Below, piece by piece: positions 1 to 10,752 of a DNA stretch of 64,000 nt. The notes under the pieces are model-generated. The model saw nothing but the letters and a program-made list of their open reading frames with translations, was not told the DNA's origin and made no database searches. The position numbers were made by a program, and so were the translations under genes. How positions within the stretch are numbered: position 1 is the first letter of the stretch; every line of letters begins with the position of its first letter. Source of the DNA: a virus; the IMG/VR virus record IMGVR_UViG_3300037149_000105, positions 32,001-96,000 of that record; one strand, given 5' to 3'.

Positions 1-2568
1 TGAGGCTGCCCCGGAGGCTGAATGATTTGGATTTGACCAATTCGGAATGGCAAAACTGGTCTCCGTCACCCCCATATCACTGGCTGAGTAGGCAAGTTCA
101 AAATAAGGAACATTAGTTTTATCAAACTTCTGAATCGGGAAATCCTGAGTAATCAGTGTGTCTCCATTTGGTAAATTAGCCTTAACTTTGGGAGTGGAAT
201 TATTGGCTAAAAGCTCTGTTGCTGCATTTGATGAATTAAGATGAGTGGTCAGACCAGCAGTCAAAAATGCTGACACTGTAAAATTAGCGGGTGAAGATGA
301 AGAGGCGGAAGAATCAGTGGCTGATGATGGCCATGCATCTGTAGTGAAAGTGATTAGTGCATCAGTTAAGGTGGCGTAACGACCCCAAGGAAATGGGGAA
401 ATCACTTCGTAACCTTTCTCATTTGTGTAAGGCTGTACCATGGTAGTGCGGTCAATATAATTCCCATCTGCCACTTTTGCTTTAGAAAAAACTGTTCCAG
501 TTGCCACATCCAACCCACCATTATACCATGTGCCCGTTCCATCAGGAGGGGTTTCGTTCCCAAAGGGAACTTTAGTGCCATCAAGACCATATGCCCCATC
601 TCCCCCATCATTCTGGATTCTCCATGTAGAAATATTAGCACCAACAGGCATATCATTACGAGTTTCGTATATACTTCCCATTATTTGAGCCAAATATTCT
701 CTCACTGCTACCTGATCTGGGCTGCGAGTTTCAGTAGCAACCAGAGGAACTGAGGAGATAACTCCAGCCTTAGCAAGGACATTCCCACTTTGAGAATCAT
801 ATTGAGTCGCAGAGGAAGAAGTAAAAGCGTGAACTAGATTTGGTTGGGCGGCATATATTTGAACTGATTGAGAAACATCTTGTCCATTAATGTTCTGTGT
901 TATGTTTTGTGGTTGAAGGAAGAGAGGACGTTTTCTCACAAAATTACAGGTGAGACTAGTCGTCGCCTGTCCTCCCACATTATAGCTGTGTGCGATGCCC
1001 GTGATATAAGCATACATATCTTTGTGAGGCATATAAACAGTAAACCCAAGTCTAAGCTCAGGACGAAGTGGAATAGATGCAGAGTACGTTGTAAAACCTA
1101 TATTGGCCCTAGCCAACTCAGCAGCACAAAATCCATAAGCAGCCCGTAAGTCGTTATAGAGAAATCCACAGGGTTTGGCTTGTTCTTGGCGAACCCCAAA
1201 CTTCCTAACTAGATTGACATCAGTAAATCTGACAATTTTGTTAAGTTCTGTAGGGGGAATTATTTGAAATCCACCAGGGGCACAGAAATTGGTGGCAATC
1301 AGCATAGAGGTTTTTCGAATGGCTGATTCCTCTTCCTGGTAGTTTTCGGACAAGATTTCCGACATATTGATGATATATGGGTTAGTTTGTGGAGTAAGGT
1401 TCACCTCTGATAGCCCTGAAGAGGAAAGAGCGGGTGAGTTTGAATTACTTACAATAGTGCAGTCCAGGTTGTATAGGGGTGGTTTGATAATGATTAAACC
1501 ATCAACATCCTGATAACTTTCAAATCCCATGATATCAACCAAGTGTCTTATTCTCTCCAATCTGGTGACCAATTGATTGCCAAATAATTTAACCCCAGAA
1601 AGAACCATGTCAAAAGCATATTCTCGAAGAAGACTTGATATCCCGGCATTTTCTTTACACATATCTGTTTGGGTGAATAATGGTGGGGGTTTTTCCCCAG
1701 CTTTAGCCGCAACAGGAGAATTGTGTTTGGCCACCTTTGTGCTTTCAGCAATTGGGGAAGAAATTGCCTTATTATTTGATGACCATCCAAATAACCGCAC
1801 ATCTCTACATAAATCTTGAAGTCTGGTGGTCCATTTGGTGCAATATTCTTGATTAATTGCTTCCTTATCCCTATCAGATGCCAAGAAGTTTTGCTGGTAC
1901 GCCTCATGAGTAAACTCACTGAAGTCCAATGCCTTATGAAAGGTGTCGTATACGGCAGCATAAATGTTAAAATCGGATTGATTGGTCCTCATGATAGTAA
2001 ATGTGGAATCGGAGTTACCTATGAGAGCTTTATTCAATTCAATTTGAGTCATCTCTAGGAGACGACAGATTCCTGCAATTCCTATGGTGATCTCTAAACT
2101 GGTGGGAGTCTCATTAAGAGCCACAGAAGTAATAAGACCGTTAAATATACGCCGGAAAATGGTATTGCCAGCAGCAGAGAAGAAGTAACCCTTGGCATAA
2201 ATACGAATGGCACTCATAATATCAATTATAATGCTACCCCCAGGAGCCATAAATAACTGCTTAGAACCATTAGGCACAGAAAGATTGATAGTCCCAGAGG
2301 GGATCATAGAGTTAATATTGTAGGAGGTGGTGATTGCGGTAATATAATCGTTAAAATTAACTGCTACAAGACTTGTATATCCTTGACTTAGATAGGGGTT
2401 ATTAAGAAAAGGCAAGGAATCAATATACACCACCATATCAGGGGCCGTTTTAATAATTTCACGTTCCTGTGCGGTCTGTATGATATTGCGAATCTTCGCG
2501 GAAGGCTGCGGGGGGGTAGGGGGAACAGGATTTATTGAAATAGGTTGAGGATTAGAGGGGGTTAACAT
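1..2568 (-). CDS. Baseplate hub-like virion structural protein (partial, runs off window start)
   Basis: Missing from ORF track, consistent with no stop inside the window. ATG at 2568 abuts the stop of the 2569-3513 gene; reads MLTPSNPQPISINPVP...IRIYAKGYF...DVDGLIIIKPPLYNLDC; lies downstream of the tape measure gene. Confidence 0.6.
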   Translation of the reverse strand, partial: MLTPSNPQPISINPVPPTPPQPSAKIRNIIQTAQEREIIKTAPDMVVYIDSLPFLNNPYLSQGYTSLVAVNFNDYITAITTSYNINSMIPSGTINLSVPNGSKQLFMAPGGSIIIDIMSAIRIYAKGYFFSAAGNTIFRRIFNGLITSVALNETPTSLEITIGIAGICRLLEMTQIELNKALIGNSDSTFTIMRTNQSDFNIYAAVYDTFHKALDFSEFTHEAYQQNFLASDRDKEAINQEYCTKWTTRLQDLCRDVRLFGWSSNNKAISSPIAESTKVAKHNSPVAAKAGEKPPPLFTQTDMCKENAGISSLLREYAFDMVLSGVKLFGNQLVTRLERIRHLVDIMGFESYQDVDGLIIIKPPLYNLDCTIVSNSNSPALSSSGLSEVNLTPQTNPYIINMSEILSENYQEEESAIRKTSMLIATNFCAPGGFQIIPPTELNKIVRFTDVNLVRKFGVRQEQAKPCGFLYNDLRAAYGFCAAELARANIGFTTYSASIPLRPELRLGFTVYMPHKDMYAYITGIAHSYNVGGQATTSLTCNFVRKRPLFLQPQNITQNINGQDVSQSVQIYAAQPNLVHAFTSSSATQYDSQSGNVLAKAGVISSVPLVATETRSPDQVAVREYLAQIMGSIYETRNDMPVGANISTWRIQNDGGDGAYGLDGTKVPFGNETPPDGTGTWYNGGLDVATGTVFSKAKVADGNYIDRTTMVQPYTNEKGYEVISPFPWGRYATLTDALITFTTDAWPSSATDSSASSSSPANFTVSAFLTAGLTTHLNSSNAATELLANNSTPKVKANLPNGDTLITQDFPIQKFDKTNVPYFELAYSASDMGVTETSFAIPNWSNPNHSASGAAS

Positions 2569-3513
2569 TTAGGCTGACTCCACAATCTTCAGAACACTGG
2601 GGGCAATGGGAGTGTAATCTGAGGGGGTGAGGGTGGTTGAAGTGGAACCAATTGGGGTTTGAGTTTGGGTTACCGAGGACTGAGGAGAAGTGGGGGTGGC
2701 AAGAAGCACTTCTTTGGAGTGACCCCTGTAGATATTGCTTCGAATTGAGGAGAGCCAAGGAGAGCCTGAAACAAATCGCTCCTTCCACGCAATGAAGCCA
2801 ATATCAAATGTATTATAAAATGGATTTTCAGCGGACTGAACAAGAGTCATATTAGTAAACATTCCACTCCACATGAAATTTCCCACTGAGATTACAACAT
2901 CGCCATGACTTTTAATCCGCTTTCGCATATAGTCAGGGGCATTCCATGCGGGGTTAACCTCCTCCCCCTCAAACCAATAACCATTATTCAGGACTATATT
3001 CTCCAATTCCATCACATTACGATAACTAAGACTATACTCTTCCCATTGATCTGTGAGCCCATTCTGGAAATAGCCCCCTGCCGTCATTCCTGACATATGA
3101 AGTTCCACTACATCTTCACCCCAAATACCAAATTGCCACCCACCCCGAGTCATACTTTGACTATCGGCAGTTTGGTGAGTAACACTTAAGGTATGTGGAT
3201 TAATCAAAAAACGAAAGGTGAAATCCGGCTCGTAGTAGTCAGTTTTGGAGGAGTTACGTGATGGAATGCTCACAGTCATGTAATCAGTGAAGGTAGATTT
3301 TGCGAATGAGATGGCTTCATAAGCTGTGGGGACTTGTGAAGAATCATCTTCCCCGGAAACAGTAAGTTGGGGAGCAGGAGCCACTGAAGAAGCCAGCATG
3401 GGAACAGGTACAAGTCTGGTTTCTCCACGCACGGGCAGCATCCCAACTTTGGTGACAGAAGTTAAGTCAAAGGAGGGGGTGTTCCAAATAGGATTTAGGG
3501 AGTCGTCTGACAT
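2569..3513 (-). CDS. Tail/baseplate structural protein (tube-initiator-like)
   Basis: 314 aa; FLINP...TRGGW..WGED motif; paralogous to 3527-4591; tail module position. Confidence 0.55.
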   Translation of the reverse strand: MSDDSLNPIWNTPSFDLTSVTKVGMLPVRGETRLVPVPMLASSVAPAPQLTVSGEDDSSQVPTAYEAISFAKSTFTDYMTVSIPSRNSSKTDYYEPDFTFRFLINPHTLSVTHQTADSQSMTRGGWQFGIWGEDVVELHMSGMTAGGYFQNGLTDQWEEYSLSYRNVMELENIVLNNGYWFEGEEVNPAWNAPDYMRKRIKSHGDVVISVGNFMWSGMFTNMTLVQSAENPFYNTFDIGFIAWKERFVSGSPWLSSIRSNIYRGHSKEVLLATPTSPQSSVTQTQTPIGSTSTTLTPSDYTPIAPSVLKIVESA

Positions 3514-3526
3514 TTACTTTTCCTGG

Positions 3527-4591
3527 TTATAACCCATTTGCTTGGAATGGGTTAGCTGCGTAGTTGGCAGCCTGAGCCGCATTTGAAGCCGCCTGAGCCG
3601 CAGCCGTGCTTTGTGTATAAAATACGTAGTTGATAGTGCGTTGAACCTGGAAAATGAAATCAAACTTCCACTGATAGGGTGAATTGGCATCCATCGTCCA
3701 AGTAAAGGACTTGAAATACCCTTGGTACACATTCCCTTTGAAATTCATAATAACCTGCCCCTTTACCATAACATCATTATTCCTAGCATTTCTCTGGAAG
3801 GTATTGGCTCCAAACTGAGCAGACCATATGGTCGGAGATAATTGGGTTCGGTTGTTAAAAGGAGAATCTAAGTCAGAGGAGACAAATCGGGTTATTCCAT
3901 TATTTTTAAACAAACTTAACAACTCAATGAATGCGTCTTGTGCGGCAACCCTAAATCGATGTTGAGGGTACATTCCACGTAGTTTTGCTAGAGCTACCGG
4001 AGATGCATCTGGCCCAGTGTAGGGCTGGCCATAAGCACCTAGGGAAGACTGGCCGTAAGCTGATTGGTCAATAGTTTGCTCCAAGAAATCTGTGTCATTC
4101 TCCAAAGACATAATTTCTGTGATGCCATATCGATTCATGAAGAGACCGGTAGAGCCTGAACCAGTGATGAGGTCGGGTTCCATGCCCCAAAAGGTCAGAT
4201 GTAGGCCAGATCTGGTATTGGCTTTATTGATAATGTGTTTCATCTGATGCGAGACCTGAGTAAGACTGCAATTGAGTCTTACGGTTAAGGGCTGACCAAC
4301 CTGAGCGCCTGGAAGCATGACTGTGGGCTGTTTCTCATCAAGACAAACTTGAAAAGTAACAGGAGACTTTAGACGTTTCAGAGTGGGGTTTCCGGTAAAA
4401 CCAATCTTCCACCAAGGAGCATTTTGCAAATTGGTATAATCAACTAAACTAGTCAAAGCCTGACCCACTGCCGTGGTGGCCTGAGCAGAAGTAACAGAAG
4501 ATTGCACGGGCTGCGTCTGCGATAGTGTGGGTAGGGTAACGAGACCTAGATCAGCGTTGGGATTAATGGGGCTGCTCATTGATTTGTCCAA
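3527..4591 (-). CDS. Tail/baseplate structural protein
   Basis: 354 aa; TRSG..FWG and YQGYFKSF..DANSPY motifs shared with neighbour; follows tape measure. Confidence 0.55.
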   Translation of the reverse strand: MDKSMSSPINPNADLGLVTLPTLSQTQPVQSSVTSAQATTAVGQALTSLVDYTNLQNAPWWKIGFTGNPTLKRLKSPVTFQVCLDEKQPTVMLPGAQVGQPLTVRLNCSLTQVSHQMKHIINKANTRSGLHLTFWGMEPDLITGSGSTGLFMNRYGITEIMSLENDTDFLEQTIDQSAYGQSSLGAYGQPYTGPDASPVALAKLRGMYPQHRFRVAAQDAFIELLSLFKNNGITRFVSSDLDSPFNNRTQLSPTIWSAQFGANTFQRNARNNDVMVKGQVIMNFKGNVYQGYFKSFTWTMDANSPYQWKFDFIFQVQRTINYVFYTQSTAAAQAASNAAQAANYAANPFQANGL

Positions 4592-7500
4592 GGGCTATAG
4601 GGTCGAGCGTGAGCGGGAGCGGGTGCAGTTTCTCCTGCATGTCCAGGAAGTGGGTTACCTTGATTTGTGTTTGCAGCTATTTCAACGCTGTTATTGGTTG
4701 TAGTAATATGATAGGTGTTGCCAGGAAGCACTTTGTTCAATTCACTTTGCACCATTGAGAGATTTCCATGTTTAGCAAGAGTCGGATCTGTGGCTGCTTC
4801 AGTCAGCCAATCCTGATGTTTATCTCTAGCGGACGCCAAAACTGCGTCCATTTTAGTCCCACCTTCAGCATAGGAAGCAAGCTCATAAGCAGTTTTATGC
4901 GGCCCATGTGTGTAGTTTGACTGCCCCTCTATTTCATCTAAATAGGCACTCGCAAGTTGCCTTTGGTAGGCAATTGATTCTGCGGGGGAGTGTCCAACTC
5001 CTAAAAATAAATTTTTATCAAATGAGTGCCCACCCACCTGATACTGATTACCCAGCTTTTCAGCAACATTAGGCATCATTTGATACGCCCCATAAGCTTG
5101 TGATGCTGGTCTATCCTTTGTAACAACATTCTTTTTATTATAGGCTTGATCATCCGTTAATCCTCTTGTCTCACCCTGGCGTATAGTGTCCAACATATCT
5201 TTTCGAAATGGTGGGGCATCAGTGTCATTTGAATCATAGGACGTAGTAGTTTCCCCAGAAAATATTTTTTGATCTTTTTTAATAGAGTCAGCTTGAGTAG
5301 CCTTGGCATATCCCATTTTTAGTCTTAAATCTTCAAGAGTCGTATTAGATGGTACTATTGCCAAGGCATGAATGTCCTGTGCAAGAGTATTGTGAATTTC
5401 CCCCTGAAGAGCATTACCTTCTTGCGTACCAGTGAATCTGCTTTTGGCCACTGTTTGTGCCTCTTCAACTGTGTCAGCTACCTCTGTTAAATTTTTCTTC
5501 TCTTCTGGAGTTCTAGCATTGGATGCTGCATCCCTAATTTTATCTATGGGGCCTTGTTCTGCGGATGGCCCGAAAGCTGCATATTTGTCCGCTCTATCCT
5601 TTTGTTCCTGTAGGGTTTGTTTATCAGTTTTGAACAAAGTAAGATTAAAGAAGTTAACACATTCTTCAAGCAAGGTAACTATGTGTTCTACTAATGCCTT
5701 TAAAGCCTTTTTAATGTAATCCAATGGTCCGGTTATATAACTTTGATTCTCTTCTGCGGTTTTTTTAGCAGCTTTCACATCGGCATCAGAAATAACATCC
5801 GATAATCTCTGAGAAAATAAGTTATTAATTGTATCTTGAACTGGTTTCATTTCTGTAATATCTTTACCAGTATCCAAATTTTTATTAATATCTTTCCATC
5901 CCTTTGAATTTATATTTGAAAACTGTGCTCTAGCTGCCTTTCCTTCTTCAGTATCAGGATTCATTCGTGCAGCCTCTGTAATGCCTGCCAAAATTTGATG
6001 ACCCGCTTGCCCCAAATGTGTAGTAAGATCTTCTGGATGAAGATTGAGATTCTTTCCAACTTCTAAGAATTCCCCAGTCTTTGACAAGGATTGAACTCTG
6101 TTTCTAGCTGAATCAGAAGCTTGAATAAAATCTGAAAGCTTAGCATTTCCATGCATAGCTACTTTTAGTAGGGAAAGTTGTTTAGCTATTTTGCTTTCAG
6201 GAGTTTCACCGGTCAGAGCCTCTTGAGTGGCCAAACCAATTGGTGAGTGATCCTTTATTGCAAGTTTACCTTGATTTCGTTGCTTAAGAAACATTTCCAT
6301 TGCTGCGGTTTCTTCAGGATGACCAGGAGTTACCTTATTTCTTAATGCCTCATCCGTAGCCTTCTCCATTTCTTCTGCCGTGGTGTTTTTTATTGTACCA
6401 TCAGCAAGTAACTTAGCCCCTGTTGCTCTATACTTAGCCTGCTTACTCTCTGCAAACCCTAGACGCCCCTTATCACCCATCTGGATATAAGCAAAAATAC
6501 TCTGTTCGTACGTCTTTTTATCCCCTTCAAGACCCTTGACCATTTTTGAGATATCATCTGTAGTATAAGTAGCATTTTTACCTAAAAGCAGCATTAGTCC
6601 GCAGGTAAAGTTTAGAGATTTATTTAATTTATCAAACTCACTCGTAACATCATCAAGTAGTTTTAAATAAGATACAACGCTAATCCCAGTAGACTGAACA
6701 GCTTTCCCAATATGGACAAACATATCTTCCACTTCACCCATGGAAAGGCTAAATTCATGCAGTAATTTCATAGTTAGTTGGGTAGATTCAGTGGTGTCTA
6801 ACCCAATATTTTTTCCAAACATCGCGCCATTTCGAACTACACCACTATATATATTTGAGGCTCTAGAGGCACCAATGGCGTCATCCGGAGTCATCCCGTC
6901 ATTGACCTTGCCATACTTAGTTTGCACAGCTTGCCCGGACTCAACTACAGTTTTCATCATATCTGACATTTTTTCAAAATCAAGGTCATAGTATCGAGCT
7001 GCCCCCTTCCCCTGGCCACCCATGCCGTAACCTCCTGGTTCTAAAGCCCTACTCCATTCGTTATAATTTGCTCCCATTTTGCCCCCACCCTGAACAATTC
7101 CACCTTTGCCAAGTTTTGAGTATATATCCTTATTTCTATCAAATCCTTGCTGAAAAAGTTGTAAAATACCATAAAGGGCGGCGGCTGGACCAGCAATGGC
7201 TCCCATGGCTCCACCTAACATTGAACCACCCCCTTCTGACATCAGCCCCATTCCCATTTTTCCGAGCATTCCTCCACCACCGGAAGCGGTGGATTTTAGA
7301 GCCCTACCCATAAGGGCACGATCCAACATCCCTGCTACACCAGTTTTTCCTGAAAGTTGGCGAACCACAGCGGATCTGTCCCCCTCACTCATCCCCTTGG
7401 CACTATATACACCCTGAAGTTTGGCAAATCCTGCTGCTCGTTTATCTGCATTAAAGCTAAGTAAGTCAGCATGTCCTTTTTTTACAGCAGTATTCTCCCC

Positions 7501-8208
7501 CGAACGTTTCTTATCAAATAAATCCTGTTTCATTCGTTCCTTGCCAGAACTTATAGTTTCAGCTTTAAGCCGCTTGACCTGAGCCTGCATATTAGCAAGA
7601 TTTCCAAACAACCCCTTGAACCCAAAGTTGTCCAAAACCTTGAAGGCTCTGATTGCCCCACCAATAGAGTCATCGAAAGCCTTACCTACCCCCTTTGCTT
7701 CAGCCACCTGTTTGCTAAATGAAATATCCTCTATAACCCCTTTGGCCTCCTCTACACTTTCAGTTACTCCTTCAATTGCCTTAGTAAAATCATCAGCATT
7801 TTTAATATTTGCTTTCATTGCCTTACCAATAGCCTCTTGAACTTTTTCAATTTTCTTCAATTCTACTTCATCTTTTTCATGAAATTTCTTTGCTTTTTCA
7901 TATTCTTTGTTCAATTTTCCTAAATAACTCACAACTTTTTCTCGTTCTTTTGCATCTGAAACATCTATTCGATGTAATTTAGTTGTGAGAGTCAAAATTT
8001 CTTTGTAATTATTAATTCCCTCCTCTGTTGAAAAAATTATATCATGCAAACTATCGCTCCACCGTTTGAGGGACTTATTACCCTCTTCAATAGGTTTCCC
8101 CATCCCCGCTAATGCTGTTGTCAGGGAACCAACAGTAGTGGTGAGTGAACCCATCAAGGTCTGCATACCTTGAAGAGTTTTAAGGGTTTCTTTTTGACTT
8201 GATGCCAT
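4576..8208 (-). CDS. Tape measure protein with C-terminal lysozyme/transglycosylase-like domain
   Basis: 1210 aa, Ala/Gly/Lys-rich, helical; C-terminal IRQGETRG...AYGAYQMMP...LASY lysozyme-like motifs. Confidence 0.75.
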   Translation of the reverse strand: MASSQKETLKTLQGMQTLMGSLTTTVGSLTTALAGMGKPIEEGNKSLKRWSDSLHDIIFSTEEGINNYKEILTLTTKLHRIDVSDAKEREKVVSYLGKLNKEYEKAKKFHEKDEVELKKIEKVQEAIGKAMKANIKNADDFTKAIEGVTESVEEAKGVIEDISFSKQVAEAKGVGKAFDDSIGGAIRAFKVLDNFGFKGLFGNLANMQAQVKRLKAETISSGKERMKQDLFDKKRSGENTAVKKGHADLLSFNADKRAAGFAKLQGVYSAKGMSEGDRSAVVRQLSGKTGVAGMLDRALMGRALKSTASGGGGMLGKMGMGLMSEGGGSMLGGAMGAIAGPAAALYGILQLFQQGFDRNKDIYSKLGKGGIVQGGGKMGANYNEWSRALEPGGYGMGGQGKGAARYYDLDFEKMSDMMKTVVESGQAVQTKYGKVNDGMTPDDAIGASRASNIYSGVVRNGAMFGKNIGLDTTESTQLTMKLLHEFSLSMGEVEDMFVHIGKAVQSTGISVVSYLKLLDDVTSEFDKLNKSLNFTCGLMLLLGKNATYTTDDISKMVKGLEGDKKTYEQSIFAYIQMGDKGRLGFAESKQAKYRATGAKLLADGTIKNTTAEEMEKATDEALRNKVTPGHPEETAAMEMFLKQRNQGKLAIKDHSPIGLATQEALTGETPESKIAKQLSLLKVAMHGNAKLSDFIQASDSARNRVQSLSKTGEFLEVGKNLNLHPEDLTTHLGQAGHQILAGITEAARMNPDTEEGKAARAQFSNINSKGWKDINKNLDTGKDITEMKPVQDTINNLFSQRLSDVISDADVKAAKKTAEENQSYITGPLDYIKKALKALVEHIVTLLEECVNFFNLTLFKTDKQTLQEQKDRADKYAAFGPSAEQGPIDKIRDAASNARTPEEKKNLTEVADTVEEAQTVAKSRFTGTQEGNALQGEIHNTLAQDIHALAIVPSNTTLEDLRLKMGYAKATQADSIKKDQKIFSGETTTSYDSNDTDAPPFRKDMLDTIRQGETRGLTDDQAYNKKNVVTKDRPASQAYGAYQMMPNVAEKLGNQYQVGGHSFDKNLFLGVGHSPAESIAYQRQLASAYLDEIEGQSNYTHGPHKTAYELASYAEGGTKMDAVLASARDKHQDWLTEAATDPTLAKHGNLSMVQSELNKVLPGNTYHITTTNNSVEIAANTNQGNPLPGHAGETAPAPAHARPYSPWTNQ

Positions 8209-8819
8209 TAAATGTCCTCATTAGGATTTACAATTTCCTTGATTGCATCCTTGTAAACGGTCTGCTGGGCTTCCTCAATTTCTTTCAGTGCCTGACCAAT
8301 AAATCTTTTTTCTACCTCGGTCATAACCTGATTGTCAGGGAGGGACTCAAACAGGCGATCTTCAATCTTCTGGCAGTGGACCATAAGGATTTTCCACAAA
8401 ACATTGACTACCTCTTGCCCCCATCCCATGATAAGGTTGCGAATCACCACCCTAAGAGTTGACTCCTTATGAGTTGTGGGATCCAGGATAAACTCATCTT
8501 TTCTATCCTTTAAATCTATCCCATTGACCCAACTGATCGCACGAGAGAGAATTTCTGCCTTGATTCTTGAGACCCAGGCATGACCCTTATACTCCTCAAC
8601 TGCTAAGAGGGTTTCAATTTCTTCCTCTGTAGGAATGTTAGCGAGTCTGAGCTGTATTTGTTTGCCACCAGCCCCAAAGCTGATGAGTTCTGAAGTTTCC
8701 TCAATTCCAAATCCTTTCAAATCCGCAATGATTGTCTCAAGAGAGGGTTGAGGAAGAGACTGAATTTCAACCGGGGCCTTTTTAGCCTCACTGGTATGGT
8801 TAGTATATTTCCGAGTCAT
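8208..8819 (-). CDS. Probable tail assembly chaperone
   Basis: 203 aa acidic protein directly upstream of tape measure. Confidence 0.45.
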   Translation of the reverse strand: MTRKYTNHTSEAKKAPVEIQSLPQPSLETIIADLKGFGIEETSELISFGAGGKQIQLRLANIPTEEEIETLLAVEEYKGHAWVSRIKAEILSRAISWVNGIDLKDRKDEFILDPTTHKESTLRVVIRNLIMGWGQEVVNVLWKILMVHCQKIEDRLFESLPDNQVMTEVEKRFIGQALKEIEEAQQTVYKDAIKEIVNPNEDI

Positions 8820-8849
8820 TGAAGCTCCTGGTCTACATCAGAGGGACAG

Positions 8850-9956
8850 CTACCCTTCTCTTTCAAAATACTTTGTGATTCTTTCTGAACTTGAGGGCAT
8901 TTCATCTGATTGATTTGCTAGTTCAGTGATAGATTGTTGCACCAATCCTTGAGACCTAGCTCGAATTTCCCGTTCTCTCCGTTTCACTTCTGCATCCGTC
9001 ACCACCACCAGAGTGTTGCTATCTTCTAAAGTGGCAAGTTCAATTCTACGTTTCTGTACGCGAATTTGAAGCTCTCGCTCCTTCTCTTGGGCTTCACTCA
9101 CTTGTTTATTATAAAATTGTTGCATAAGCTGCTCATGTTTATCCCCGTGTATCATTCCATCCATCTCTCTGAGCAGACCCTGCACGGTGTTATCTTCATG
9201 AGAATGCCCAAACCCATCATCAAAATGGGGGGCATCGGACTGAAGCTTAACGTAATCTACAATTTCTGTCCATGGCTCAATCTGATCCATCTTAAGAGAA
9301 TTAAGCTCTCTGATAAGTTCTTTTACATATTTATCTGCGTTCTTTCCTACATGAGCACGAACAATTGCACTGAGATTTAGACTTTCTTCCAATCTCATAA
9401 TGGATCGATTTCGAATAGAAGTAAGTAAAGCCCACAGGTTAAGATGACTGGAAGGAGCAAATAACTTCATCTCTTTTCCATCAGGAAGGAGAATAGACTT
9501 CTGCTCAAACATATGGTCATATTTAGACTCCCATAGAAGTTGACTGGTTTGAGTAGAGCAAAAGGCTGAAATGTAAGGAAATAGGGAGATGTCAGCAACG
9601 TTGGCAGAATAGAGTCTATGAAGTATTGAGTTAATTTCATAAATATCTAGATTATTTATCTCATCTTCAGAAAAAGTGGTGCAGTGGGTTAATATTAATA
9701 CAATTCGTTCATCATTATCTTCTATCATTCTATCCAAAATTTTACGCTCGGATGAAGCTAGGGGTCTAATCCACCCCACTCTTTTACCACTTAATTTGAG
9801 AGGGCGGACCCTGGCTCCTATGGTGATAATTTCTTCCATTGCGGAAGAAACCTCTTTTTTAACCTCAAGGGCAATATTTGATTGTTGATATTTCAGTTCA
9901 CCAAGGTTGATTTGATTCATCATATCAACCCCAGAAGTTGAGGGACTCATTGCCAC
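8850..9956 (-). CDS. Hypothetical protein (tail module)
   Basis: 368 aa ORF coupled to upstream gene. Confidence 0.6.
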   Translation of the reverse strand: MAMSPSTSGVDMMNQINLGELKYQQSNIALEVKKEVSSAMEEIITIGARVRPLKLSGKRVGWIRPLASSERKILDRMIEDNDERIVLILTHCTTFSEDEINNLDIYEINSILHRLYSANVADISLFPYISAFCSTQTSQLLWESKYDHMFEQKSILLPDGKEMKLFAPSSHLNLWALLTSIRNRSIMRLEESLNLSAIVRAHVGKNADKYVKELIRELNSLKMDQIEPWTEIVDYVKLQSDAPHFDDGFGHSHEDNTVQGLLREMDGMIHGDKHEQLMQQFYNKQVSEAQEKERELQIRVQKRRIELATLEDSNTLVVVTDAEVKRREREIRARSQGLVQQSITELANQSDEMPSSSERITKYFEREG

Positions 9957-10495
9957 TCCTCCTTATCCACACGACTTTGTTTGGCTTTGAGCATAAAGTC
10001 TTCTTCCATCTTCAGGGCTCCTGCATAACCAGTTCCCGCTACAATTTTTTGAGCTAATGCTTTTTCTTCCTCAACTGCCTGCCTGCCAAATTTCTGAGTT
10101 AGGAGTTCTTCCACCTCATCCATTTTTTCGTCAGTCTCTGCCCCCTCCTCATCTAGCTCTTGACGGTAAGTGGCAGCGTCCGGGGCTTTCCACCAGGGAG
10201 ACACCTCGAACATCCGATGAGGGTCAAGACTACCTTTGTAAAACTTGTAGACCGTCTCCAGAGCACCCCGAGGAATTGAGGTCAGAACTTTCAACGCCTC
10301 CTCCGGAGTCACATCCTTCCCAGAAATATCATAGAGGGCGTGAGCGGTGATGGCGAGGCGGTCAGCCATTTTATGTTTTTCAACCCACTCGCTCACCGGA
10401 GGCATATCCTTCCAGGTGAGTCGGCGGAAATGAAACACATGGTTCAAAACCTTCATCTCTAGCTCATTCTTAACTTCAGGTAGGGTGGACATCAT
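9947..10495 (-). CDS. Hypothetical protein (tail module)
   Basis: ORF 9947-10561; likely start MMSTLPEV after AGAGG. Confidence 0.55.
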   Translation of the reverse strand: MMSTLPEVKNELEMKVLNHVFHFRRLTWKDMPPVSEWVEKHKMADRLAITAHALYDISGKDVTPEEALKVLTSIPRGALETVYKFYKGSLDPHRMFEVSPWWKAPDAATYRQELDEEGAETDEKMDEVEELLTQKFGRQAVEEEKALAQKIVAGTGYAGALKMEEDFMLKAKQSRVDKEEWQ

Positions 10496-10752
10496 AGCCT
10501 CTAACAGGGGGTGGAAAAGCTGGGGACTTGGAATGACCTGAGAAGACCAAAAATGAATCAAACGGGAAAAGTTCCAGTTTTATGTGTTTTCGAGTAGTCT
10601 CAAATATGAAGAACCGCATGAACACTCAATTCCTTGTTTCACTGACCCTAAAATTCCCTATATAACTCCAGTAAAAAGAAGAAGAGAATGTATATATAAT
10701 ATTATTGTACTCTTTATCTCTAAAAGGATTTTGAAAAAGGAAGGAGGAAATT

